The notes beneath the pieces were generated by a model that did no database searches, was not told the origin of the DNA, and worked only from the letters and a program-made list of their open reading frames with translations. Both the position numbers and the translations under genes were made by a program. Shown here piece by piece: positions 47,401 to 59,691 of a stretch of 64,000 bases of DNA. How positions within the stretch are numbered: the first letter of the stretch is position 1; every line of letters begins with the position of its first letter. The DNA is from Balanoglossus misakiensis. Its lineage: Eukaryota > Animalia > Hemichordata. Location: NCBI GenBank assembly GCA_040954595.2, contig CM082597.2, positions 9,889,778-9,953,777 on the forward strand, written 5' to 3'.

Positions 47401-50400
47401 ACAGCAGATACAGCCTTGGCGTTTGGAGGTATGGGGCCATAATGAAAAGCCAAAGTTTTGGGTCACCTGTGACACCTGCTCAACTCATTATTTATGTGCA
47501 TACCTAATTCCGGGCTAACCAAAAGGGGTAGAGGTCTGTTTTTTGTTGGACATGGACCACTATGGGTCAAAATGTTCTGCCCAAATTGTGGGTGACCTCT
47601 GGGTGACCTTCGACCTACTTAACACTATATCAGCACTAAACATAGATATAATCTTGATATTTCATGGGATAAAACACAGCATTATGTTTCTACTCATTAA
47701 TTACGTGCATATCTAATAATCAGATCAGTTAATAGAGCTTGGGCCCGGACAATGCTGCTTGCAGCTTTAATACTTTCTTTCTTTCTTTCTTTATTCTTGT
47801 GTCAATTCTTTGACCCACGAGATCTCAGACACCGCTGCAGGTACACTTCTGAAACTTGCTACAGTGGTCAAGGTCAATGAGTAGTCGTGCATTGAACCCT
47901 TGAATTTTTAATTAGTCACGTGACCTGGCGGCCATCTTGGATTTTCTGAAAAAATGCAAATCTCAGATCTCAGAAACTACAAGTCAGATCGACTTCAAAT
48001 TTGGCATGCTGGTAGACTACCTTCTGCATGTCATTTTTGTAATTGGAAATTATGCTGACAAAGTTGCAGTTTTTTGCTACAATTTTTTTTCTGAAATCTG
48101 GCTTAAATTTCAAAAATCTTCTTCTCCAGAACCGGTGATAACCGAGACACAGGGTTTGGTGTATGTGGTCACCTAACTGATGTCTATCAAGTTTGCGAAG
48201 ATCATTGTGATTGGTCGAAGATTATGGCGGCCATATTGGATTTTCGAAAAACCCTAGTAAAATTTCAAAAATCTTCTTCTCAAGAACCGGCGATAACCGA
48301 GTCACAAGATTTGGTGTGTGTGGTCATTAAAAAGATGTCTATCAAGTTTGCTAAGAAGAATGTGATTGGTCGAAGATTATGGCGGCCATATTGGATTTTG
48401 TGAAAAACCATTAAAAAGTAAAAATTCCCTTTCTGGCCTAAAAATTGATAGCACATAAATTCTTTTTAAGGATATGAATCATCATATGACAAGAATAAGC
48501 TATAAATATTTTGGTAATTTTGACAATGACCTTTGACCTACTTTTGACGCATCCTTTTTCTGCATATCTAATTCCAGGCTAACCAATAGGGCTATAAGTT
48601 TGGTTTTTGATGTATGTGGATTTGTATGTGATCAAAAAATTTTGATACTTTTCATGACCCCTTTGACCTCTGCTGACCTCATTAAATATGCACATACCTA
48701 ATTACAGATGAACCAATAGACCTAGAGATTTTGTTTTTGTTATACATGGACCACTATGGGGTCAAAATATTTTGCCCAAATGTTGGGTGACCTCGGGTGA
48801 CCTTTGACCTACTTTTCCATATCTTGACATCCACAGCAGATACAGCCTTGGCGTTTGGAGGTATGGGGCCATAATGAAAAGCCAAAGTTTTTGGTCACCT
48901 GTGACACCTGCTTAACTCATTATTTATGTGCATACCTAATTACGGGCTAACCAAAAGGGCTAGAGATCTGGTTTTTGTTGAACATGGACCACTATGGGTC
49001 AAAATTTTCTGCCCAAATTGTGGGTGACCTCTGGGTGACCTTTGACCTACTTAACACTATATCAACACCAAACATAGATATAAACTTGATATTTCATGGG
49101 ATAAAACACAGCATTATGTTTCTACTCATTAATTATGTGCATATCTAATAATCAGATCAGATAATAGAGCTTGGGCCCGGACAATGCTGCTTGCAGCTTT
49201 AATCTTTCTTTCTTTCTTTCTTTATTCTTGTGTCAATTCTTTGACCCACGAGATCTCGGACACCGCTGCAGGTACACTTCTGAAACTTGCTACAGTGGTC
49301 AAGATCAATGAGTAGTCGTGCATTGAACCCTTGAATTTTTAATTAGTCACGTGACCTGGTGGCCATCTTGGATTTTCTGAAAAAATGCAAATCTCAGATC
49401 TCAGAAACTACAAGTCAGATCGACTTCAAATTTGGCATGCTGGTAGACTACCTTCTGCCCATCATTTTTGTAATTGGAAATTATGCTGACAAAGTTGCAG
49501 TTTTTTGCTACAATTTTTTTTCTGAAATCTGGCTTAAATTTCAAAAATCTTCTTCTCCAGAACCGGTGATAACCAAGACACAGGGTTTGGTGCATGTGGT
49601 CACCTAACTGATGTCTATCAAGTTTGCGAAGATCATTGTGATTGGTCGAAGATTTTGGCGGCCATATTGGATTTTCGAAAAACCCTAGTAAAATTTCAAA
49701 AATCTTCTTCTCAAGAACCGGCGATAACCGAGTCACAAGATTTGGTGTGTGTGGTCATTAAACAGATGTATATCAAGTTTGCTAAGAAGAATGTGATTGG
49801 TCGAAGATTATGGCGGCCATATTGGATTTTGTGAAAAACGATTAAAAAGTAAAAATTCCCTTTCTGGCCTAAAAATTGATAGCACAGAAATTCTTTTTAC
49901 GGATATGAATCATCATATGCCAAGAATAAGCTATAAATATTTTGGTAATTTTGGCAATGACCTTTGACCTACTTTTGACGCATCATTTTTCTGCATATCT
50001 AATTCCAGGCTAACCTTTAAGGCTATCATTTTGGTTTTTGATGTATGTGGATTTGTATGTGATCAAAAAAATTTGCTACTTTTCATGACCCCTTTGACCT
50101 CTGCTGACCTCATTAAATATGCACATACCTAATTACAGATGAACCAATAGACCTAGAGGTTTTGTTTTTGTTATACATGGACCAGTATGGGGTCAAAATA
50201 TTTTGCCCAAATGTTGGGTGGCCTCGGGTGACCTTTGACCTACTTAACACTATATCAGCATCAGATCAGATAATAGAGCTTGGGCCCGGACAATGCTGCT
50301 TGCAGCTTTAATTCTTTGTTTGACGTCATCGTATACGAGTGGTTTTCGCGAGCAGTGCAACTTCGAGCCGCAGGCGAGAAGTTGTACGCTTCCGCGAAAA

Positions 50401-51163
50401 CCACGAGTATACGATGACGTTAAACAAAGAAAGATATCATGGGATTATATATTTATCACATGAACAGTCTTCTTATTTTTCGTTAGAAGAGGCAGGACTA
50501 AAAAAATTCAGTACCTTGCAACAATTTTGAAGCGGTGTCGTATTTTACTGAGCGGGATTATTTCCCCCAGGAGATATATGTTGGGAGATTTTGCATATAC
50601 GCAAATGATGAACTATCGCTGATCATTCATAAAATCTCCCAACAAGTCGTACCGTTGAGTTCTGTTCGCTCGAAGTTCGGCCTTACACAAATGTAATCGA
50701 TTCTCTAACAATTTTACTGCGACCTGTTGCCACGTCTTATACATTTCGTTGACCGGTGGAATATAGAGGTTCAGTCGTCACGCTGAACTGGCTCGAAACA
50801 ATTGCCCACACTGATTCGACTCGGAACGTACCGGACTTGCGCCTAGCCTAGGCTATGTACACCTGACCCAAAACTTTGACAGCCACGATCGTCCATGATC
50901 GTTGCGTCGACTGTCTTCTTTCCAAATTCCACCTTTCTGTTTTGAGCTTACAAAGCGTTATTGTCATGGAACCGTCATTTTTTTATTTCATTTCTGTATT
51001 GTAAATGCCGCGTGCTACACGTACTGTTTCTGTTTGACAACAAAGCTACGGCGAATCGGTGGAAATAGTTCCGGTTGATGACGTAACACAGGGGTGATCT
51101 GGATTTTTGATCTGTCCTGGTCTACGTCACACAGGTGGTGATCAGGGCCAGTTCATGTGATAA
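44422..51163 (+). mobile_element. Hairpin cassette (Crypton-like) copy 1, split by the Helentron-like stack
   Basis: ttacatataatcccatgatatc at 44422, resumes ctttgtttgacg at 50314 and ends gttcatgtgataa; intact sister copy at 51245-52146. Confidence 0.85.
44447..50311 (+). mobile_element. Four Helentron/DINE-1-like (HINE) elements, nested and tandem
   Basis: 5' subTIR gggcccaagc with inverted partner, (CTTT)n tract, 3' subTIR gcttgggccc plus stem-loop gctgcttgcagc, inserted in a T-run with no TSD. Bodies at ~44552-46281, 46282-47770, 47771-49202 and 49203-50311. Confidence 0.88.
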
Positions 51164-51244
51164 TGAGATGTATATTATCTTGCTAATTTGGACAATGTAG
51201 GAGTTTTATAATATCAATAACATTCTGGTAAAAACTATGTATTA

Positions 51245-52146
51245 TTACATATAATCCCATGATATATTTCTTTGTTTGACGTCATCGTATACGAGTGGTT
51301 TTCGCGGAGCAGTGCAACTTCGAGCCGCAGGCGAGAAGTTGTACGCTTCCGCGAAAACCACGAGTATACGATGACGTTAAACAAAGAAATATATCATGGG
51401 ATTATATATTTATCACATGAACAGTCGTCTTATTTTTCGTTAGAAGAGGCAGGACTAAAAAAATTCAGTATCTTGCAACAATTTCGGAGCGGTGTCGTAT
51501 TTTACTGAGCGGGATTATTTCCCCCAGGAGATATATCTTGGGAGATTTTATGAATGATCAGCGATAGTTCATCATTTGCATATACGCAAATGATGAACTA
51601 TCGGTGATCATTCATAAAATCTCCCAACAAGTCGTCCCGTTGAGTTCCGTTCGCTCGAAGTTCGGCCTTACACAAATGTAATCGATTCTCTAACAATTTT
51701 ACTGCAACCTGTTGCCACGTCTTATACATTTCGTTGACCGGTGGAATAGAGAGGTTCAGTTGTCACGCTGAACTGGGTCGAAACAATTCCTCACACTGAT
51801 TCAACTCGGAACGTACCAGACTTGCGCCTAGCCTAGGCTATGTGTACCTGACCCAAAACTTTGACAGCCACGATTGTCCATGATCGTTGCGTCGACTGTC
51901 TTCTTTCCAAATTCCACCTTTCTGTTTTGAGCTTACAAAGCGATATTGTCATGGAACCATCATTTTTTAAAATTTCATTTCTATATTGTAAATGTCGGTA
52001 CACGTACTTTTTCTGTTTGACAACAAAGCTACGGCGAATCGGTGGAAATAGTTCCGGTTGATGACGTAACACAGGGGTGATCTGGATTTTTGATCTGTCC
52101 TGGTCTACGTCACACAGGTGGTGATCAGGGCCAGTTCATGTGATAA
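51245..52146 (+). mobile_element. Hairpin cassette (Crypton-like) copy 2, intact ~900 bp
   Basis: Long hairpin at 51245-~51408 with loop CGAG-CC-GCA-GG-CGAG, then a body bounded by ttatcacatgaac / gttcatgtgataa; second internal palindrome at ~51540-51625. Confidence 0.85.
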
Positions 52147-53266
52147 ATCACAATACATGGACAAAATGTTGACTGGGTTCAATTAATGTACACAGCTATT
52201 GTATTTGCCCTAGGTATCATTATATTTAGGTCTGAAATTAAATTAAAGCCCCAGTATTCATCGAAAATTGCCCGTTTTTCCCGTACATTCATCATGGAAT
52301 ACTACATAATGAAGATGTAAGAAAGGTTTGGGCAATTGTAGCTACATGCAAGCCGAACACTTGATATGATGCGCGGGTTTGTTTACAACGGAAATGGTGT
52401 ACATGTGACCGAGAACGCTTATAGCCATGACGCATCAATCTCGCGAGATGTTTGGGATTACGCGTGATCAAAACAATACGGACCTTGCAGGGCAACTCAT
52501 TACCGCGGTTGTTCACACCTTGTCTAAAGAGCTCTGTAGTCCAACAGTAACCTTGCGGTAGCAAATGGCCTGAACGGCTCCAATAATGGAGAATGAAAAA
52601 ATCACAAGAATATGGTCTCATTTTTTCTCCTTTTGCGCGACCAAGTAAGAGATCATGTTAGTTATTTATAGCAGCAGGCAATCGCGCACTGAAGTGTCCC
52701 ATACTGACCACAGAAGGTCAGGCCCTCGCTAAAAGCAGGGATGTAGAAAATAGTTGGAAGCCGGAAAAAATAGCCGGCTGTATAGAGAAAAATTTCCGCC
52801 TGTAAAACAGAGGAAAATCGTAGGATTTTTTTGTTTGTATATAAAATCTTTCCATTTTCGCCGGCATGGGTGTACGCGTACAAGAGAATCAATTGTCACA
52901 GTTTATGACCTTACGACCTGTAATCGATTCTGATAACAACTTTATAGCAAACTTGTAGCAAACTTGAGTCCCTCGAGGGACTTTGATTTATCATTGAATT
53001 TGATACAGTTTACATACAAGCAGTCATGCTCTTGGGAATTATAAGTTTTAATTACACTGTGATATGATATCACACCTATATTATCGGACTCGGCTGCGCA
53101 GGCAGTGAACTACCATGACTCCAATTGCTTCTGAAACCAACCCCGTCCATGAATACCTCTGTACAAGTTATCTCAGTTTTGTTGAAAACCCTCCAATTGA
53201 ACTTTTAAATTAATAATAGTTTCAACTGCAAATTTCTTGTATAAGACTAAAAAAACAGAATTGACA

Positions 53267-53680
53267 TAGCCCGGAGACACAGGCGTTGATCTAGAATCTA
53301 GAATACAACGCCCGGGGACAGTGGAGTAACTTCCTGCTGAGCTGAAAGATAGTAGCCCTGGCAACGATCAGGGTCGCTTAGTAACGAATGGATAACGAGT
53401 GATCTATCAAATGTTGACGGGCGCCAGTGGTTGGATGATATAATTAACAAAGCTTGGTAAACCACTCCCACATCCCCGTCGCGGGAATTTCACACATGAC
53501 TCCACCTCTATTTCTTTATTTAGAATGCGATGATGTCATTTGGTTTACATTGAGTGACCAATTAGCTTACACACAAGATTTACCACCCGTGTCGTTCTGC
53601 GCACAGAATTCAGGGGCGTAAATAGAGACTGTCCCCGGGCGTTCCTTTTCCCCTACTACTACGCCTGTGTCTCCGGGCTA
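53267..53680 (-). mobile_element. ~415-bp MITE, copy 3 (inverted)
   Basis: gaattgaca|tagcccggagac ... gtctccgggcta|gaattgaca. Confidence 0.92.
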
Positions 53681-54827
53681 GAATTGACATTATTCTCTGT
53701 ACAACATGCTTTAGGTCAAAGGGTCACTCATGTCATAAGGTGACGTTCAAGATGAGACCCCTAGTCAGACAACAGTTGAACTTAGAATGAACTCCCCAGC
53801 TTTTAGAAATACCCTATAGATTTTATACATGGGGAACAAGTTTTCTCAAATTCACTCGTGGTATGCATGGGGCGGGAAAGGACGCTTACTCAGCTCATGT
53901 TGCAATTTTAATCAGTGAGATTGCTGCTCCACGCAATGAAAGGATTTCGCCTGTGCGACTTCCTGATTGTTCGTGCGAGACTCAGATCTCTCTCTTATTC
54001 AACAGCTCTCAGTCCGAAACGGACATGAAAGTTCAAAATTGACATATTGATAACCATGGACAATTCTCTCTCTTCTTTACCCATACGAGTACATGCAGAA
54101 GACTGTCAGCAAAATCAGAAGTCTTCAAAAAACAGAACAGTACACTAACGAGGTGCTAATCAGCGTGGTATCCCAATGGGATACATTATGCCTGCAAACT
54201 CATTAAACGCTGATAATCGCTTTCCCGCCTATACTGCCAGGGTAGGGCGAGGGGGGTGGGTGGGAGGTAACCTCGCGCGGTACCGTCTATTTGAAAATGA
54301 CCTCTTCCCCTAGTGCGCGTTTCTTCGCTAAGTCGCTAGATTTGGGGCGACCAAAACTTTTCAGCGTAGACTCTATGGACGCTGAAACTTGTGTACATTT
54401 GAGTACGCATGTGCAGTAGTGTTTTTACGTTGCATTCCGTGTGTCAACAGGAGCCTGACTCGCGTCACTTTCTGTCCGGACAGAGAGTCATTCTTCACTC
54501 GTTATATTGTAAATTGCATGTGGTTATGAGCAGAGCTGGGGATGATGACTGTTCGATTCAGTATCAATTTTCATCTACTTTTAGAAATTATAGATGCCGT
54601 TTCAAACAAAATTATGCCCAAACGAGAAATACTGAGGCTTTAATAAGAAATATAATATGTGCTTACATTGTGTCTTCAGCTGCTCAAACAGCAGACACTG
54701 CTGCGAGCTATGTGAAAAGTCACAAATCAATAGTCTGCATCCCATTCTGCTACAAAACCACAAGTTCACTCTCAAAACTGTGGTGAAATTGAACCAAAAG
54801 TGTCTCAATAACCATAATATTGATGAT

Positions 54828-55730
54828 AAGCTAAGATCATTTGTGGTGCGTAGCCGTTGGTATGTACTATGGGATCGGTTGCGTCTGTATGTATGTATGT
54901 ATGGATGGATGTATGTCTGTATGTCCGTCCACATCAAAAACTTGAAAACCGCTACGCGTATGACCTCGATATTTGGTGTGTAGATGCAGGCAGGGCTGTA
55001 GATGGGAGTTTGTTCAAATGAAGTTGTCATTGCCAAAAATATGCAAATTAGCTGGGAAAATGTGAAATTGTCAAAACTCAAAAACTCGACAACCACTGGT
55101 CATATTGATTTGAAAATTGGTATGCATGTACCTTATGTCAACCTCATACAGTCCTGTATGTTTTGAGCTAATATCATCGATATCCTATTTTTTATGTATT
55201 TGTCCATGTTATTGGTAAAAAGTCTTCATTTCTGAAAGTGATGGGCTTACTTCTTTGAAATTTAGTATGAAGCTTCCTAATGGTTGTCTGAGTAACCATA
55301 GTTTTGTTCAAATTGTTGCGAAATTTGCATATTTATAATTTTGAGCAATATTTGCCATTTTTGGTCAAAATTTTTTTTCTTTAAAACCGCATGCTAGATT
55401 GCTTTGCAATTTGGTAGGCATGTTCGTAGGGGTAACCTAAGTAATATGTTGTAAAAAATGTGATATTTGCATAAATGTGTTTTGGGGGAAACTTTTGCAA
55501 TTTTTGTCAAAAATTGTTTTCTCTGAAACCGTTTGTCATATTGCATTGAACTTTGGCAGCATGTTCCTTGTAGTGATTAAAGTAAGATATTGTACAATTT
55601 TGGTGATATTTGCATATTTGTGTTTTTGCCACTTTTGAACAAATATTTTCTGTGAAACTGCTTGTTGGATTGCTTTGAAATGTTTTTTCTCTGATTGCTT
55701 TGAAATTTAGGATATAATTTCATAACACAT
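54828..55730 (+). repeat. Older DINE/HINE-like interspersed repeat with (GTAT)n tract
   Basis: tatgggat..gttgcgtctgtatgtatg..ccacatcaaaaacttgaaaaccgc; homologous partial copy at ~30115-30500; boundaries approximate. Confidence 0.6.
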
Positions 55731-57041
55731 ACATGTATATGTGCAACTTTTATTCAATTCTGATATCAGAAATATTCAATATTTAGCGAGTTTTTTTGTA
55801 AGTTTCTTTGTTTATGGTTAGCAAATCTTCTCCTAAACCAATTGTCCAGTTGTTTTTAAAGTTATTTACAAGGAGTTGTTACCCCGAACTAAGACATGTT
55901 TACATAACTTTAATAGGCCAGCTGTTACAGAGACCACCAGCTATTAAATTTTTAATTACCAGTGGCAGGTCAGTGTGTGTCTGTCTGTCCGTCTGTGTGT
56001 CTGTTCCAGGGCTGACTGAAAGAAGTTGCTTCTCATATGTGTTTGTACAGACAATTTTTGGTCAATTTTTGTTCTAGCACCACTTGTAAGACTGCCATGA
56101 CACATGACAGTTTATTGGGCATGTTCCTTGTTAATTTTTTTACATTCCATATTTCTATATGGTAAGATCATATCTGCTTGCAGTGTTTTCTCCAGGCCGC
56201 GCGATTGCGCGATTCCCCCTCTTTTACACTTGAATCGCCCCTTGTAACAGGTTCAGGAGGGGGGGGGGGGGGGGGGGGGGGGGACAATTGCCCCTTCGTG
56301 AGCAGCCCAACCTGCCAGTACATTCGCGCCCAAGCCTCCGTAGCATGCACCGTCAGTCAAAACACTGGATAACGGCCGATATTACTGCGTGCTGGCCTAT
56401 GCATTTTAACTTCCCACCCCCAAAACTATGTTGTAGATGACTTTCACATTCAATTACGTGTAATTTAGCTCCAGGGCTATAGTGTGCAATTATTGGAACA
56501 GCCAAAGAGTTCTATCTGGACACCGTCTAAATTTAGAGCACACATTCAAGTGAACTTGTTGTTATGGCGACCTTTGAAATTGGGTTGGCAGAATGTAACA
56601 ATTTTATGCAAATTAAAAGAACTGCGTTCATGCCATGGCGATTATCAAGAATGAATGTATCAGTTTTCCAAGACCTCGTTTTCTTACTTCGGAAGGAAAG
56701 TCATTCAATATGTACAGAGACTGTTTATATGAGTAGTGTACTTAGCCACAGATGGGAAAGTGTTAGCAGAAATCTGAAGGAAAATATACCACTTCAATTT
56801 ATTCCACTATTAATGGTTTCACAATCTAATATTTTGGCAGCTAAACTGAAACTTTTAAAATCAAACAAGATAATTTTTCCCAGGTATAGTATTAATGAAA
56901 GACACTATTGTTTTTGCAGTTGCATTTATTTTATTCATTTCACTCTCCTTGCCAGGGGAGCAGTGTCACTAGCACCTACAAAAAATGCCCAATTGACAGT
57001 GTCATGCCAGTTGCAATGACACACACAAACAATACACCGCA

Positions 57042-57203
57042 TAGACTCTCTCACAGCCCCTCTCGCTGTCCGTACAGGCTTATGGTCTGATTGCATGTGT
57101 GCCAGCGACACAACACCAAACGGTGCTTCTCCCTTGCCAAACGGTTGAGGGCGCATTAGTGTAGAGCCTTATTGTAGCAAACCATGGGCTGTGAGAGAGT
57201 CTA
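57042..57203. mobile_element. Short MITE with 9-bp TSD
   Basis: tacaccgca|tagactctctcacagccc ... gggctgtgagagagtcta|tacaccgca. Confidence 0.9.
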
Positions 57204-57571
57204 TACACCGCACAGAACAAAGTCTAAAGACAAGGCTGTGAATGAAAAATTATATTGACTTTAATAAAGCAAAAAGACAAGAAGTGATGTGATTAGTGTT
57301 TCAAAAGTAGTACCGGTACACAGGCTTTCTTTGTTTAGGATCCTAACTCTTAACATTCTAGAAAGCTATCCAGAATAGTACAAAAATGGGAGTTGATATA
57401 TTGGAGAAAATACTGAAAAAGAGCCAAAAGTTAGTCTAAGAGTTAGTGGGGTTTTAATAACTCTACTGTCTATATTCTTTGTCATTGACAATGACTTGTT
57501 TTTGCCATACAACTTTGCACTATTACTTAAGTTTGAAAATAAATAATACAGAGAAAATATTGATATTGCAG

Positions 57572-57700
57572 ATCAAGCCATCAAAGATGCTGTTATTACT
57601 GTGCCTGTATTTTTCAACCAAGCTGAGCGGAGAGCTGTGATTCGTGCAGCAGAACTGGTTGGTATTAATGTACTGCAGCTAATGAATGATGTCTCAGCAG
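57572..57700 (+). CDS. HYOU1: HYOU1 coding exon 6
   Basis: ttgcag|AT CAA...GCA G|gttagt; (D)QAIKDAVITVPVFFNQAERRAVIRAAELVGINVLQLMNDVSA, the Hsp70-family AVITVP..F signature; 129 nt. Confidence 0.96.
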
Positions 57701-58063
57701 GTTAGTACAGTCACCCTTTCATTGCTGCCAGTTTTCAAAAGAACAGTTGAAATTTATATGCGCGGAGAAATGGGACGAGAGATGTATAATAGCTCCACAC
57801 ATTTGATTTGGTGCACAAGTAATTACCGTCATGTGGGCCACATTCAAATGATGGCCACAACACATGAGTGAACATAATTACTGTACCCATGTTTGCTCTT
57901 CAATGCATGGATAGTGAGAATGATCTCAATAAAAACATACTGTATGCTCATCCATTTGTGTCACTTTATGATTTGATATAGCTGGATAGCCATTTATTGT
58001 GTGCAAAACTCAGCTCTAAGAGGATGTAGGATGTATTGAAACTCACTTTCATATGTCAAACTA

Positions 58064-58270
58064 CTGTAAAACGGGTTATTTTCGTGAGCAATAAATTTTT
58101 GCGAAAAACACAAGAACCAAAAAAAGTGACTATAAAAAGTCACGTAAAATGTTTTTTTTTTAGATAACGATGCAGTTGGTGAACAAGAATGCGAAAATAA
58201 ATCATCGCGTAACAGTTGCCTCTTTTGATATCATGAAAATTTCCTGTCATGAAAATAACCCGTTTTACAG
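58064..58270. mobile_element. Tc1/mariner-type MITE
   Basis: TA|ctgtaaaacgggttattttc ... gaaaataacccgttttacag|TA; related copy at 62263-62455. Confidence 0.85.
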
Positions 58271-58949
58271 TATATTGTGTGTTCACATTCCATGCACTCG
58301 GATCTATCTGTAAAACAGCTGGCTGTCCACAGCCGGTTAACAATTAAAGTACTTGTTTACTAAGTACCACTACGTAGAAGTCATCTGATGTTTTCCTTTG
58401 AATGGTGAGAGCTTGTGGCACTCATTTGGTGTTTTGACTTTTAAAACTTTGAATGGCTAATTTGTAAAATGATATTCAGATAAAATAATTTGCTAAAATG
58501 ATGTGTTAAAGGTCACCCCTAATTTAGATACGCCTAATTTAGAAAAGCTGAAATAGCATATTTGAGTGTTCTAAAGAACATATGGTGGCGCTCTTTTTTT
58601 CGCGTGTGCCACCCACTGAAAATCTGTGATTGGCTAGATCTAAATTTGCCTTTGTAACTATAGCTATATTTGCATAGGTGACGGTATACCTTTAAAATGG
58701 TACATGTATTGTAATTCAAACAGAGCAAATACATACTGTGTTTCTTAATATATATTACTGTACAATGGAGGTTATACTTGCTGATTTGTGCATTTTTCAG
58801 TCTCATCAAACCATGTATCCATGACCATGACCTGTTTCTTAAACCTGAGTATTTGCTTATTGTGTGATTAGTGATCCTTGCAATTTTGATAATTTTTATA
58901 TATATTGTTATGCAGTCACTTTGATATTTTGCTTTGTTCATATTTACAG

Positions 58950-59127
58950 TTGCACTCAATTATGGTGTTTTTCGTCGGAACTCATTTAATGCCACTCCAA
59001 CCAATATCATGTTCTATGACATGGGTGCTACTAGTACTACAGCAACTATTGTCAGCTATCAGGTTGTGAAAAGCAAAGAAAAGGGTGTGACAGAAACCAA
59101 CCCACAGTTAACAGTGAAAGGTGTAGG
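58950..59127 (+). CDS. HYOU1: HYOU1 coding exon 7
   Basis: tttacag|TT GCA...GTA GG|gtaggt; (V)ALNYGVFRRNSFNATPTNIMFYDMGATSTTATIVSYQVVKSKEKGVTETNPQLTVKGV(G); 178 nt. Confidence 0.96.
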
Positions 59128-59504
59128 GTAGGTAGTTTCTGCCGTCACTTATCCATTGCAGATTGCTTTGAAATAATATAGACAAATTATGTTTTTGTAT
59201 TCTTTGTCATCCCTACTTGGTGACCATGGTGATAATGAAGATAACAGAAATTGCAGGTATAAAAAGTGTGTTCCTTTGATGAGAAAGTCCACTTGTGCAA
59301 GAAATACTTCATAATATTAAACATTTAATATGAAGCAAACCTTACGGTCCTACTTTCAAGGTGGCACCATTCAGAATGTCAATAAGGTATAATGGGGAAC
59401 CCATTACAGCAAAAAATGGAAGCCAGCCCCAACTTTTCATTTATTTCTGGGTTTGTCAACCCAAACTATTGTTTAATTATCCATGAATATTTAATGTACC
59501 ATAG

Positions 59505-59691
59505 GTTTGACAGAACACTTGGTGGCCTGGAGATTGAGATGCGATTACAAGATTATTTTGCCAAGCTTTTCACCGACCAACATAAGACTAGGAGCAATGT
59601 CAGAGACTCATCCAGGGCAATGGCTAAACTACTGAAAGAAGCAAAACGCGTAAAGAAAGTTTTGAGTGCAAATACTGATCATCATGCACAG
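59505..59691 (+). CDS. HYOU1: HYOU1 coding exon 8
   Basis: ccatag|G TTT...CAG|gtgagt; FDRTLGGLEIEMRLQDYFAKLF...RAMAKLLKEAKRVKKVLSANTDHHAQ; 187 nt. Confidence 0.96.

Noticed and set aside
44577-49736. Recurrent short ORFs in the Helentron-like array
   Set aside because: Frames are not conserved between units, and there are no Rep or helicase motifs.
54409-55096. Overlapping 108-164-aa ORFs
   Set aside because: Cross a microsatellite and repeat boundary with no domain signature or splice support.
59392-59504. N-terminal part of the 107-aa ORF as HYOU1 coding sequence
   Set aside because: Intronic read-through; homology and phase fix the exon start at 59505.
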